From an uncultured Desulfobulbia bacterium (lineage in GTDB: Bacteria > Desulfobacterota > Desulfobulbia > Desulfobulbales > Desulfobulbaceae), in assembly GCA_964446115.1 (NCBI GenBank), contig CAYUNE010000043.1:16781-40780 (forward strand): a stretch of DNA of 24,000 nucleotides. The letters are read 5' to 3'. The notes beneath the pieces were generated by a model. That model had not been told where the DNA came from and ran no database searches. It saw nothing but the letters and a program-made list of their open reading frames with translations. Each line of letters starts with the position of its first letter. Within the stretch, counting starts at the first letter, position 1. A program made the position numbers and the translations under genes. Shown in pieces: positions 1 through 7,788 of the stretch.

Positions 1-283
1 CGCCGCTGCCCGCATGCAGACCTGTTCCCGCTCCCACAAAGACGTGATCAGCGATGGTAATCACCGGCGCCGAGGTTCGGGCCCTGCCGGCATCAAGGAA
101 AACATTGTCATGGATCACCGCATGGTCGCCGATACATATCCGCCGGGGAAAGCGAAAATCGACAAATCGCCCGAAGAGGACCCGGCGGCCGCACCGGGCA
201 AAAAGACGCGGATAAAATTTCTGGCGCAGGTAGAGCCCCGTCAGGCCGGGACACCAACGCAGGAAAGAGTACAGACGCCGCAT
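1..283 (-). CDS. Hexapeptide-repeat (left-handed beta-helix) acyltransferase, N-terminal part only; 3' end lies beyond the window
   Basis: Absent from the ORF track because it runs off the edge. My reverse-complement translation from ATG (281-283) reads MRRLYSFLRWCPGLTGLYLRQKFYPRLFARCGRRVLFGRFVDFRFPRRICIGDHAVIHDNVFLDAGRARTSAPVITIADHVFVGAGTGLHAGSG. This parallels the N-terminal region of the 1559..2329 LbH protein (LRRIFLSPFFGHLGKGVWLEPDITFRRPAQISIGNGVRIG) and enters [LIV]-G-x4 hexapeptide repeats. The start abuts the upstream gene's stop (284-286). Confidence 0.7.
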   Translation of the reverse strand, partial: MRRLYSFLRWCPGLTGLYLRQKFYPRLFARCGRRVLFGRFVDFRFPRRICIGDHAVIHDNVFLDAGRARTSAPVITIADHVFVGAGTGLHAGSG

Positions 284-721
284 TTACACGACCCGGAACT
301 TTCTGGTTGCCACCTTGCGGCCGTTGACATAGATCTGCACCGTCCACTCACCGAAAAACTCTTCCTTGAAATCCGAGCCGCGAAGTATCTGTTTCAGCCG
401 TCCCCGTCGCTTGAGCTTCAACCAGAAAAAAACCCGGTGACTGGCCGCAGAACGCTCCAGGGCAAAGACATAGGGAGTCTGCCTTTCCATTTTCCCCCAG
501 GGAGTAATCCAGTCAGCGGTCATATTGTACTTCCCCGGTGAAATATCATGAAAATCGAGCACGATATAAATTTTCTCATAGGGAGAAAAGGTGTACTTTT
601 CTTCGTGAAAACCCTCATCTGCAAACATCGCGCTCGAGACCTTCAGCAACGGTGCTCCATAGCCGGACGGAAAAGAACACAGCACCAACATCCCACAGAC
701 AAGAGAGAATATCAACCTCAT
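284..721 (-). CDS. Small exported protein, unknown function (Sec signal peptide, beta-rich)
   Basis: The track ORF 284..757 begins at a TTG. I prefer ATG 719-721, which is preceded by GGAGGA with a 7-nt spacer. MRLIFSLVCGMLVLCSFPSGYG/AP looks like a signal peptide. No family recognised. Confidence 0.6.
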   Translation of the reverse strand: MRLIFSLVCGMLVLCSFPSGYGAPLLKVSSAMFADEGFHEEKYTFSPYEKIYIVLDFHDISPGKYNMTADWITPWGKMERQTPYVFALERSAASHRVFFWLKLKRRGRLKQILRGSDFKEEFFGEWTVQIYVNGRKVATRKFRVV

Positions 722-790
722 GGGATCTTCCTCCAAATTTTCCTGCTCCGGGGCCAACCAGTGGCAAAGGCGAACAATATCCTCAACCTG

Positions 791-830
791 CCAAGAGAAA
801 AGCCCCTCTCTGGATCAGAGAAGGGCTTTT
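791..830 (-). terminator. Rho-independent terminator downstream of the lipoprotein gene
   Basis: 15-bp GC-rich inverted repeat 798-812 / 816-830 (AAAAGCCCCTCTCTG gat CAGAGAAGGGCTTTT). The single C.A mismatch on + becomes a G.U pair on the minus transcript. On the minus transcript the stem runs into UUUUCUCUU. It lies 33 nt after the stop at 863. Confidence 0.8.
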
Positions 831-862
831 GCTGCCGCCAACCAAAGTGATGGCTCACAACT

Positions 863-1375
863 CTAATTATATCGGCTCCCCGGATGAGCCACGGTAAAAA
901 TTGAGCTGCCGATCTGCAGGCGACATGGCGCCGGGAATGCCCCTCCCGGCCTGGTGAAGCGGTAAGTGGCCCGGTTACCGTTGGTATGGCCGACGTAACG
1001 GCCCGCCTCGATCGCCTTGTTGTTGGTATCCAGGACAACCGCACCGGGATTACCGTAACTGGTCGGCGTCAACACTACCAGCATATGATTTCCCTCGGAG
1101 ACCGGCTTCCAGACAATACCCGTACCGGCGAGGGAGGGGTAGGACTTGGAATCCGTACTCTTTGGATCCGGCTGGGGCTGGGGAGGTGGGTCCGCCGCAG
1201 GGGCGGGGGTGGGTGTCGTGTTGCTTGTCTGGGTTCCCGCTCCTCCGGCGGAGGGACAGTCATCATCGTCAAACCAGTCACAACCCGCCGTCATTGCCGC
1301 GGCAGCCGCCAGCACCATCAGAATAAAATAAAGCCGCATTGATGTAAGTACAGATCTCTTGTTCGATACAGTCAT
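863..1375 (-). CDS. Putative lipoprotein with an acidic Cys-flanked N-terminus and a Thr/Pro-rich linker, unknown function
   Basis: AAGGAG (1381-1386) sits 5 nt upstream of ATG 1373-1375. MTVSNKRSVLTSMRLYFILMVLAAAAAMTAGC is a signal peptide ending in a lipobox-like TAG/C. The mature protein starts CDWFDDDDC, then TQTSNTTPTPAPAADPPPQPQPDP, then a ~100-aa globular domain (IVWKPVSEGNHMLVVLTP...). No family recognised. Confidence 0.75.
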   Translation of the reverse strand: MTVSNKRSVLTSMRLYFILMVLAAAAAMTAGCDWFDDDDCPSAGGAGTQTSNTTPTPAPAADPPPQPQPDPKSTDSKSYPSLAGTGIVWKPVSEGNHMLVVLTPTSYGNPGAVVLDTNNKAIEAGRYVGHTNGNRATYRFTRPGGAFPAPCRLQIGSSIFTVAHPGSRYN

Positions 1376-1524
1376 TCTCTCTCCTTTTCATACTTTTTGT
1401 GTAACCGATCACCGGGTTTGTCACCCAATGGTATATCTTGCCCCAAGATTGTCATCGCCCTCTGGTTCTGCAGATTCGGAGCCTGTGAGCAATAACTTTT
1501 CCCCTTTCGGCAGAATGCCTGCGT

Positions 1525-1553
1525 CTTTTACCAGCCCTGCTCTCCCCTGTCAA
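1525..1553 (-). promoter_or_regulatory. Candidate sigma70-type promoter for the lipoprotein gene
   Basis: On the minus strand: TTGACA (1548-1553), 17 nt, TAAAAG (1525-1530), directly after the stop of the upstream LbH gene. This would give a ~140-nt leader. The -10 lacks the conserved final T. Confidence 0.3.
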
Positions 1554-1558
1554 ACACT

Positions 1559-2329
1559 TTAGCGGGGAACAGCCGGAATTCCGGCCACATTGACACCTTT
1601 CTCAATGTTTTTGTTGACCAGGGAGCCGGCTTCCACCCTCACCCCGTCGCCCAGGCATACCCCGTCCAGCAAGGTTGCTTCGGCCCCGATATCGACCCGA
1701 TCGCCGAGAATGGTCTTTCCCCTGCACGTCAGGGGCTGTCCGATGATGGGTTCATCACAGCGATCATAGCCGTGACCGGCGCCGACGACACAGACACTGT
1801 CTCCCAGGGTACACTCCGCGCCCAGGGACAATCCCTGCAGGGAACCAAGACGACACCGTTGACCGATACGGCATCCCCTGCCGATAACCATGGTGCCGCC
1901 CGGGCAACTGAGAATGGTATTGCTGCCGATATGAACCCCGTCCCCGATCTTGATGTACCCGCTTTCGCCTTTCACATCAAAGGTGACGCCCCGGCCGATC
2001 CGCACTCCATTGCCGATACTGATCTGGGCGGGACGCCGGAAGGTGATATCCGGCTCAAGCCACACCCCTTTGCCGAGATGGCCGAAAAACGGGGACAGAA
2101 AAATACGGCGCAGCCTCCTCCCCCGGGAACCCGGCAACGGCTGCAGCAGAGTTGTCGCCAATTCAAAGAAACAAAAGGTCGGCAGACCGCTTTCACCGGT
2201 CACCATCCGGCGATATCTGCTCAATGCCCCGTTCCCCTGCAGCCTCCTCTGGATTCCCCCGCTTTTCATGGCGCAAAACAGTTCCGGCTCATGGCGATTT
2301 GAAGAAAAACGGATCGTCCTCTCCGGCAT
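1559..2329 (-). CDS. Hexapeptide-repeat (LbH) acetyl/acyltransferase
   Basis: Consecutive hexapeptide repeats: ISIGNGVRIGRGVTFDV, IKIGDGVHIGSNTIL, MVIGRGCRIGQRCRL, LSLGAECTLGDSVCVV, TILGDRVDIGAEATLLDGVCLGDGVRVEAGSLV (PF00132-type). The start is uncertain: ATG 2329 overlaps the upstream gene by 41 nt, and ATG 2269 is an alternative. Confidence 0.85.
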   Translation of the reverse strand: MPERTIRFSSNRHEPELFCAMKSGGIQRRLQGNGALSRYRRMVTGESGLPTFCFFELATTLLQPLPGSRGRRLRRIFLSPFFGHLGKGVWLEPDITFRRPAQISIGNGVRIGRGVTFDVKGESGYIKIGDGVHIGSNTILSCPGGTMVIGRGCRIGQRCRLGSLQGLSLGAECTLGDSVCVVGAGHGYDRCDEPIIGQPLTCRGKTILGDRVDIGAEATLLDGVCLGDGVRVEAGSLVNKNIEKGVNVAGIPAVPR

Positions 2330-3377
2330 CTCCTTGTTTATATGACAGATACACGAGAAAACCGATACATCCGAGCAGCAACATTTTCAACCGCATCAGT
2401 AGACCCATGGCCAGGGAGCCTTCCGGAGGGATACCGATAAGGAGAAAGTAAAAGACATAGACTGATTCAAAAAACCCCAGGTTACCCAGCAGGGTAACCG
2501 GCAACTGGCCGACAACCATGATGGTGGGTACCAGGGCGCTGATCTCCCAAAGACTCCGTTTGATTCCAAAGGCCCGGAAGGCGATATAGACGTTGAGCCA
2601 GGTCAGAAAGTAAAAGAGGATAGTGAGGGCCACAATGGTGATAAAAAGCCGCTGGTTGTGACGGATGGTGACCAGGGCGGTTTTCAGTTCGCCATGGAAT
2701 GCGGAGAGCTTATCAAAAATCCTTGCCTGCAATCGTTGCAGAAAGAGGATGCCGCGCCGGAACCAGGAGTGGGAACTCTTTCCCGCCAATCGGTACAGGC
2801 CGGAAAAAAATCGCCGCATAATCCGCCCGGGCAGGGCAAGGGGGTCCCGCACCTTTCCGAGCCAGAAAAAAAGGCCCAAAAGAAAAAAGGCGCAGCAGGC
2901 CGGGACAAAAACAAAGGGATTGTGGTAAAGCGAGGGTCTCATGAGCGGGGCAACCACCACCAGGACAAGCAGCAGAAAAAGACCCGAGACCCGTTCGATG
3001 AAAACACTGACCGCGGAAAACGGCTGATCCGCGATCAGCTTCCCCGCATACAGCGAGCGGGCCACGTCCCCCCCCACGGTGGAGGGAAGGAGATTGGAAA
3101 AAAAATATCCGATAAAGTAAATCCTGGCCAGGGAAACAAACGCTGTTTTCCGGTCATGAATTCCTAAGATTACACTCCATTTCCAGCAGCTGGCCAGCAG
3201 CAGGAGCGGTCCCAGGAGAAGGGAGAGGGAAAAATAAAACCAGTTGATCCGCCGGAGATAGTGCAGCAGCTCGTTGGCCTGCACAAAGGAAATCAACACC
3301 ATGAAAAAGGCAACGGAAATAACCGCCTTGACCATGAGGACAAGGCGCCTCTTTTTCTCCTGGGGCTGAGGGGGCAT
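2289..3377 (-). CDS. UPF0104 / LPG_synthase_TM-type flippase-like polytopic membrane protein
   Basis: Multiple hydrophobic helices. KAVISVAFFMVLISFV...INWFYFSLSLLLGPLLLLASCWKWSVIL...IYFIGYFFSNLLPSTVGGDVARSLY matches my memory of the PF03706 family, which often sits beside glycosyltransferases. Confidence 0.8.
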   Translation of the reverse strand: MPPQPQEKKRRLVLMVKAVISVAFFMVLISFVQANELLHYLRRINWFYFSLSLLLGPLLLLASCWKWSVILGIHDRKTAFVSLARIYFIGYFFSNLLPSTVGGDVARSLYAGKLIADQPFSAVSVFIERVSGLFLLLVLVVVAPLMRPSLYHNPFVFVPACCAFFLLGLFFWLGKVRDPLALPGRIMRRFFSGLYRLAGKSSHSWFRRGILFLQRLQARIFDKLSAFHGELKTALVTIRHNQRLFITIVALTILFYFLTWLNVYIAFRAFGIKRSLWEISALVPTIMVVGQLPVTLLGNLGFFESVYVFYFLLIGIPPEGSLAMGLLMRLKMLLLGCIGFLVYLSYKQGDAGEDDPFFFKSP

Positions 3378-3468
3378 GTACGGATATGGCCGTCTTTGCT
3401 TTTATGAAAACCGGTTCCTGAAACGGCCGCTGGGCGGGATAAAATTGAGCAATATTTCCGTTGCCGGT

Positions 3469-4668
3469 CTATGATCCATCGAGAATATTCGTCACCAGCC
3501 GAACGCTGTCCCGGGCCTTTTTCTTTTCCTCGGCCACAATGGGCTCCATTTCGGCGCGGAGCCGCTGCCGGGCATCCCAGGCGCGGCGCATCAGTCCGAC
3601 AAGGTTTTCAACGGACAGGGCGTCGAAATCAATGGTCCAGTCACCCATGCCCACGGTTCTCAGAAAACCCGCACTTTTGGGATAGGCATTGATACTGATC
3701 ATGGGCGTGCCCACAGCGGCACAGAAGATCAGGGTGTGAGTCCGCAGACCGGCATGCACGTCAACCTTACTGAGCAGACCGGCAAGTTCTTCATAGGTAT
3801 AATCCTTGTTCCCCACAATCCTCACCCGATCCTTCCGTTTGACCAACTGTTCGCACTCCCTGGTGATCTTCATATCCATAATCTGGGTCACGGTAAAGAG
3901 GATATCGACATCCAGCTCCTCGATCAACCGGTCTGCGGTTTTGGCGATGATGTTGCAAAACTCCCGCCGGTCAAAAGAACCGGTCTGGCTCCAGTTATCG
4001 ATATAGGAGTTGACATTGAGACCGATGGTCCCCTTTGGTCCCTTGAACAGGTCTTCCCGGTCGATAATCTCCCTGAGACGTGACTCGGACGGCAGTTGGG
4101 TGTTGAGGGCGCAGTCGGCATGAATGACAATCTCAGGAGAACGCAGCTTGAGATTCTCGATCAACTCCTTTGTCTGCCGGTCCCTGGTGATGACCAGCGG
4201 GCAGCAGTCCAGCACCTTCTGCAGCGCCTGCCGTCCCACCTCGTGGTCAATGGGGCCGATGCTGCAGTTATACATGATAATGGGAATACCCCTTTTTTTA
4301 CTGGCAGCTGAAAAAAGCGCTATGGATTTGAGGTTGTTGACCAGGGGATTGTTGAATTTGCGGTCAAAGAGGATGTTATCGGTAATCAGGATCAGATCCG
4401 TGCGGGTCATTGACCGGTACAGGGGCCAGCCCAGGTTTTTCAGGGCCAGATTCCACGGCATCAGGCCCATGGGCCGGATGGGATGATGGCCGAAAAACTT
4501 GTTGATTACCCGGGTGTTCAATGTGGGTATCTGAAAAAAGAGATCCGAACGCACCAGCGCAAAGTCATCGAGCAGGTTGCCGAGTATGGCATTATCTCCG
4601 GCGTTGCGTCCGGAATTATTCCCCAGTACGGTAATGGTCTTCATCTGCTTCCCTGTCTCCCGTTCCAT
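3469..4668 (-). CDS. Polysaccharide pyruvyl transferase family protein (CsaB/WcaK-like)
   Basis: N-terminal ITVLGNNSGRNAGDNAILGNLL (G-x-x-N-x-GD motif) and C-terminal HAGLRTHTLIFCAAVGTPMISINAYPKSAGFL are typical of PF04230. An alternative start is ATG 4644 (MKTITVLG). Confidence 0.85.
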   Translation of the reverse strand: MERETGKQMKTITVLGNNSGRNAGDNAILGNLLDDFALVRSDLFFQIPTLNTRVINKFFGHHPIRPMGLMPWNLALKNLGWPLYRSMTRTDLILITDNILFDRKFNNPLVNNLKSIALFSAASKKRGIPIIMYNCSIGPIDHEVGRQALQKVLDCCPLVITRDRQTKELIENLKLRSPEIVIHADCALNTQLPSESRLREIIDREDLFKGPKGTIGLNVNSYIDNWSQTGSFDRREFCNIIAKTADRLIEELDVDILFTVTQIMDMKITRECEQLVKRKDRVRIVGNKDYTYEELAGLLSKVDVHAGLRTHTLIFCAAVGTPMISINAYPKSAGFLRTVGMGDWTIDFDALSVENLVGLMRRAWDARQRLRAEMEPIVAEEKKKARDSVRLVTNILDGS

Positions 4669-4671
4669 GGA

Positions 4672-5694
4672 TTACACTTCAAGCCAGCCCTGCTTCACAT
4701 ACCAGACGGCCGTATCAATAATTCCCTGCCGGTTTCCGTGCTTCGGCCTGTACCCCAGGACATTTTTCAGCTTACTGACATCGAAATGGCGATCCTTCGA
4801 GTAGAAGGCAACCCGGCGCCGGTAGATGGGCGGTTCGATTTTCAGGGGCTTGCAAATGGCTTCGCAGATATCGGCCGCCAGAAAAAAAGGGCCGATGGGC
4901 AGCCGGATCACCTTCACCCTTTTGCCGAAATGGTCGGCCACGGTCCTGGCCATATCGGCGATGCCGATGGGCTCATCCGCGCCGCTGATAAAGGTCTCGC
5001 CAAGCGCTGCCGGATGGGTGGCGGCAATGAGAAAGGTGTTGGTCAGATCATCCACGTGGACAAGGTGATAGAGACACTTTCCCTTGCCCAGAAGCGGGAA
5101 ATAGGAACTCAAGGCCATCTTGAAAAGCTTGAGCAGCCGCCGGTCTCCGGGACCGTAAATGGCCGCCGGCCGGATAATGGTATAGGGAATCTTGTTCTCC
5201 GCGGCAAAGCTGTTCAGCCACTGTTCGGCTTCAAGCTTGGTGCGCTGATAGCCGTCGCCGGGGCCGAAGGGATACTCCTCGGTGGCCGGCGGATTTTCGA
5301 TATGGCCATGAACCCCGATGGTGGATATGTGGATGTAGCGCTGAAAATCCGGATTGCCAAAAATCTCGTTGGCAATGATCTGGGTGCTTTTGACATGGAC
5401 GTTCCAGTAATCCTTTTCCGTACTCTTGGCATCTCTGAAAGCCGCTGCCACGTGGAAAACATATTGCTGACCCTTCAGGGCCTGTTTCATGACCTTTTCG
5501 TCAAAGACATCTCCCCGAAACCAGGTGATATCGAGTCGCTCCAGGGGTGAGAGGTCGGAGCTGTGCCTGGCAACGGCACTGACCTTGAGGCCGGCTGCCA
5601 CCAGTTTTCTGGTGAGAACAATCCCGGTAAAACCGGTGGCTCCGGTGACAAGTACCGGGGTTCCCGGTGGGATTTGACACAGTGAATCACTCAT
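4672..5694 (-). CDS. NAD-dependent epimerase/dehydratase (extended SDR)
   Basis: VLVTGATGFTGIVLTRKL Rossmann motif. Catalytic Y-x3-K in DGYQRTKLEAE. Length 340 aa. Confidence 0.9.
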   Translation of the reverse strand: MSDSLCQIPPGTPVLVTGATGFTGIVLTRKLVAAGLKVSAVARHSSDLSPLERLDITWFRGDVFDEKVMKQALKGQQYVFHVAAAFRDAKSTEKDYWNVHVKSTQIIANEIFGNPDFQRYIHISTIGVHGHIENPPATEEYPFGPGDGYQRTKLEAEQWLNSFAAENKIPYTIIRPAAIYGPGDRRLLKLFKMALSSYFPLLGKGKCLYHLVHVDDLTNTFLIAATHPAALGETFISGADEPIGIADMARTVADHFGKRVKVIRLPIGPFFLAADICEAICKPLKIEPPIYRRRVAFYSKDRHFDVSKLKNVLGYRPKHGNRQGIIDTAVWYVKQGWLEV

Positions 5695-5718
5695 ATAGCT
5701 TCCGTTTCAACAAAAATA

Positions 5719-5746
5719 ATTATCATCATCAGGAATCAATAATCAA
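5719..5746 (-). promoter_or_regulatory. Candidate sigma70-type promoter for the epimerase/pyruvyl-transferase pair, overlapping a Fur-box-like sequence
   Basis: On the minus strand: TTGATT (5741-5746), 16 nt, GATAAT (5719-5724), 25 nt upstream of ATG 5694. GATGATGATAATTATTTTT (5712-5730) matches the classical Fur box GATAATGATAATCATTATC at 15/19 by my count. Confidence 0.35.
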
Positions 5747-5777
5747 ACCATGGGGCAGCAGAATATGCAACCGGAAA

Positions 5778-6575
5778 TCACCGCTGTCCCTTTTCCCCTT
5801 GCTTTTTCCCGGCACGACTGTTCCGGACAAGACGGCGCAGGGTGGCAACGGTCTTGCCCCGCCTTCCCACCAGGGTCGGCCTGAGACCGGAACGACTCAG
5901 CAGGGATCGGAGCGAGTCCAGGGGATCATCAAGATCAAGATCAGCACTGAGGGCTATACCGTATCCACCGGCCAGCCGTTCCTCCCCGGCAAAGGGCAGT
6001 GGATCAGAACCGGCTACAAGACCAAATCCCCTTTCCAGTCCCTGCCGCATGAGCCGCGGCATCGGCCAGATACGCGGCCGCAGGGTCGTATCTCCCAGCA
6101 GCAGGGCTCCGGGAGCAAACTGTGCAAGCAGTTGTTCCACCACCCTGCCCCGCGAAAAAAACCACTTGCCCGGTGCCCAGCTGATCACCGGGATACCGCC
6201 CCGCTCGCCGATCATGGTGACCACATCCGCTGCCGGCAGGCCGTCGGCAATATCATCGTCCGTGGTCAGAGCCAGTATCTCAATGCGTTCCGCAGTGATA
6301 ACCTGCCGGCCGGCAAAGAGAAAGAGGTCCGGGTGACCGGATTCGCGGATCTTCACCACCTGATCACCAATTACCGTGGCTGTGGCCGGTTCCGGCAGGG
6401 CAGCGGTACCGGCGGCAAGCGTGCGAAAAAAACGGCAGTCATGCCGTTCGGCCAGCATGGCCATGCACACGGCATCCGGACAGGAGGCGGCCAGGTTTTG
6501 CCGCAACGAGGTGAGCAGAGCCCGCAGGTCGTAGCAGGGGTAGATATGGAGATGGGTATCAATGGCCAGTTGCAT
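5778..6575 (-). CDS. PHP/amidohydrolase-like metal-dependent hydrolase homologue (weak functional call)
   Basis: I prefer ATG 6573-6575 over the track's GTG at 6599. N-terminal IDTHLHIYP carries the D-x-H-x-H metal motif (compare CpsB MIDIHSHI). Distal AGSDPLP sits where PHP enzymes have GSD-x-H. The start overlaps the GT4 gene's 3' end by 17 nt. Confidence 0.5.
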   Translation of the reverse strand: MQLAIDTHLHIYPCYDLRALLTSLRQNLAASCPDAVCMAMLAERHDCRFFRTLAAGTAALPEPATATVIGDQVVKIRESGHPDLFLFAGRQVITAERIEILALTTDDDIADGLPAADVVTMIGERGGIPVISWAPGKWFFSRGRVVEQLLAQFAPGALLLGDTTLRPRIWPMPRLMRQGLERGFGLVAGSDPLPFAGEERLAGGYGIALSADLDLDDPLDSLRSLLSRSGLRPTLVGRRGKTVATLRRLVRNSRAGKKQGEKGQR

Positions 6576-7788
6576 GATCACTCTTTCGGGAATTCGCACC
6601 GTTGTCGTCTGCGGACGGGGTCTCGGCCGTCACATATCGATAGCAGGCGGCAAGCCGCCGGCAGTATTGGGTAAAGTTGTACTTTGTCTCATATAACTCC
6701 CTGCCCCTTTTTCCCATCTCCCGGCGCCGCCCGGAATCATCGACCAGGGCGGTGATCGCCGCGGCAAGAGCAGGGGCATCCGGGGCGGCCAAAGATGCCG
6801 TTTCTTCATTGAGAATCAGGCGGTTGGCCTCCACATCAGTGGCCACGATTGCCCGGCCGGCCTTGAGATAGTCAAGCAGCTTCAGGGGAGTATTGACGCC
6901 GCTGATGCGGGGCGAGAGCAGAATGTCGGCCGCGGCAAGATAGTCGGGCAGAATATCCGGCGCTATCTTGCCCAGGAAGCTTACTCCCCCAAGACTGCCC
7001 TGTTCCCGTAAAACCCGGCGTCGCTGGTCGATCTCCTCCCCGCTGCCGCCGATGATGATAAAACGGGCCCGGGGACAGACGCCCAGCACCCGGGGCACAG
7101 CGGCAAAGAGGAGATCCACCCCCTGATAAACGGCGAATGAACCGACAAAGGTGATGAGCACCTCATCCTCTTGCTGCCGCAACTCATCCCTGATCCGGGC
7201 AATATTGTCAGGCCGGGGATCCACAAGGGAAGATGGAATGTCAAAAATATGGTAGGCCGGAACCCTGTATCCCATGTCCTCAACCTGCTTGACCAGGCCT
7301 GGCCCGGTACCGATCACCGCCTTGACCCTCTTCACCGTGGCCTTTTCCACGCCGGCATAAAGCCGCAGCAGACAATTTTTCACAAACCCCTTTTTATAGG
7401 AAAAGGGATCGGAATGCTTTTCGAATACGGCGCGGCAGCCGGCCAGCCGGCTCAGAATCACCGCAATCATACCGGCCTCTTCAATGCCGTGAATCACCTC
7501 ATATTCTCCCTGCCTGATCAGGGTAATGCCCTTAAGCAGGATAAGCAGGTCGAAAAAGAGCTTGGGCAGCGAGGGACCGATGGGAATATTGTTCAGGCGT
7601 AGGGGATTGGCAACCCGGATGATCCTGACCCCCTCGATCTCACGTCTTTCGCCGATGGGCAGGGTCAGCAGATCAACCTCATAGCCGGCCTCCACCAGGG
7701 CCATAGCATTGAATCCCACCCGGATGGGCGAACCGCGCCACTGGAAAAACGGCTGCGGCGAGATGAGCAAGACCTTTTTCTTTTTCAT
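6559..7788 (-). CDS. GT-B fold glycosyltransferase (family 4/1-like)
   Basis: KKVLLISPQPFFQWRGSPIRVGFNAMALVEAGYEVDLLT is a typical GT4 N-domain. The C-domain reads FIIIGGSGEE...SPRISGVNTPLKLLDYLKAGRAIVATDVEAN; the position of the canonical E-x7-E is occupied by NTPLKLLDY. ATGA overlap with the upstream gene (7785-7788). Confidence 0.85.
   Translation of the reverse strand: MKKKKVLLISPQPFFQWRGSPIRVGFNAMALVEAGYEVDLLTLPIGERREIEGVRIIRVANPLRLNNIPIGPSLPKLFFDLLILLKGITLIRQGEYEVIHGIEEAGMIAVILSRLAGCRAVFEKHSDPFSYKKGFVKNCLLRLYAGVEKATVKRVKAVIGTGPGLVKQVEDMGYRVPAYHIFDIPSSLVDPRPDNIARIRDELRQQEDEVLITFVGSFAVYQGVDLLFAAVPRVLGVCPRARFIIIGGSGEEIDQRRRVLREQGSLGGVSFLGKIAPDILPDYLAAADILLSPRISGVNTPLKLLDYLKAGRAIVATDVEANRLILNEETASLAAPDAPALAAAITALVDDSGRRREMGKRGRELYETKYNFTQYCRRLAACYRYVTAETPSADDNGANSRKSDHATGH

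Noticed and set aside
14-541. Plus-strand ORF of 175 aa at the left edge of the window.
   Set aside because: It is overlapped by two well-supported minus-strand genes: the LbH acyltransferase N-terminus (1..283) and the exported protein (284..721). Its sequence has no motifs.
1376-1524. Possible riboswitch in the long leader of the lipoprotein gene.
   Set aside because: It has only short local hairpins and no resemblance to any riboswitch consensus I can recall (c-di-GMP, fluoride, SAM, TPP and others). It would need an Rfam covariance scan, so I report it only as part of the lipoprotein finding.
3378-3468. Terminator or promoter in the gap between the pyruvyl-transferase and UPF0104 genes.
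   Set aside because: The only stem I can draw (CCG...CGG around 3404-3420) has mismatches, with just a T4 run after it. There are no convincing -35/-10 hexamers.
4483-5550. Long plus-strand ORFs antisense to real genes: 4483..5550 (355 aa), 5667..6674 (335 aa), 9829..10743, 15497..16243, 17173..18390 (405 aa), 18486..19445 (319 aa), 20040..20687.
   Set aside because: Each lies entirely within a minus-strand gene that carries clear family motifs. Their translations are low-complexity and Arg/Gly/Pro/His-rich, with no recognisable motifs or SD sequences. This is the usual shadow-ORF effect in GC-rich DNA.
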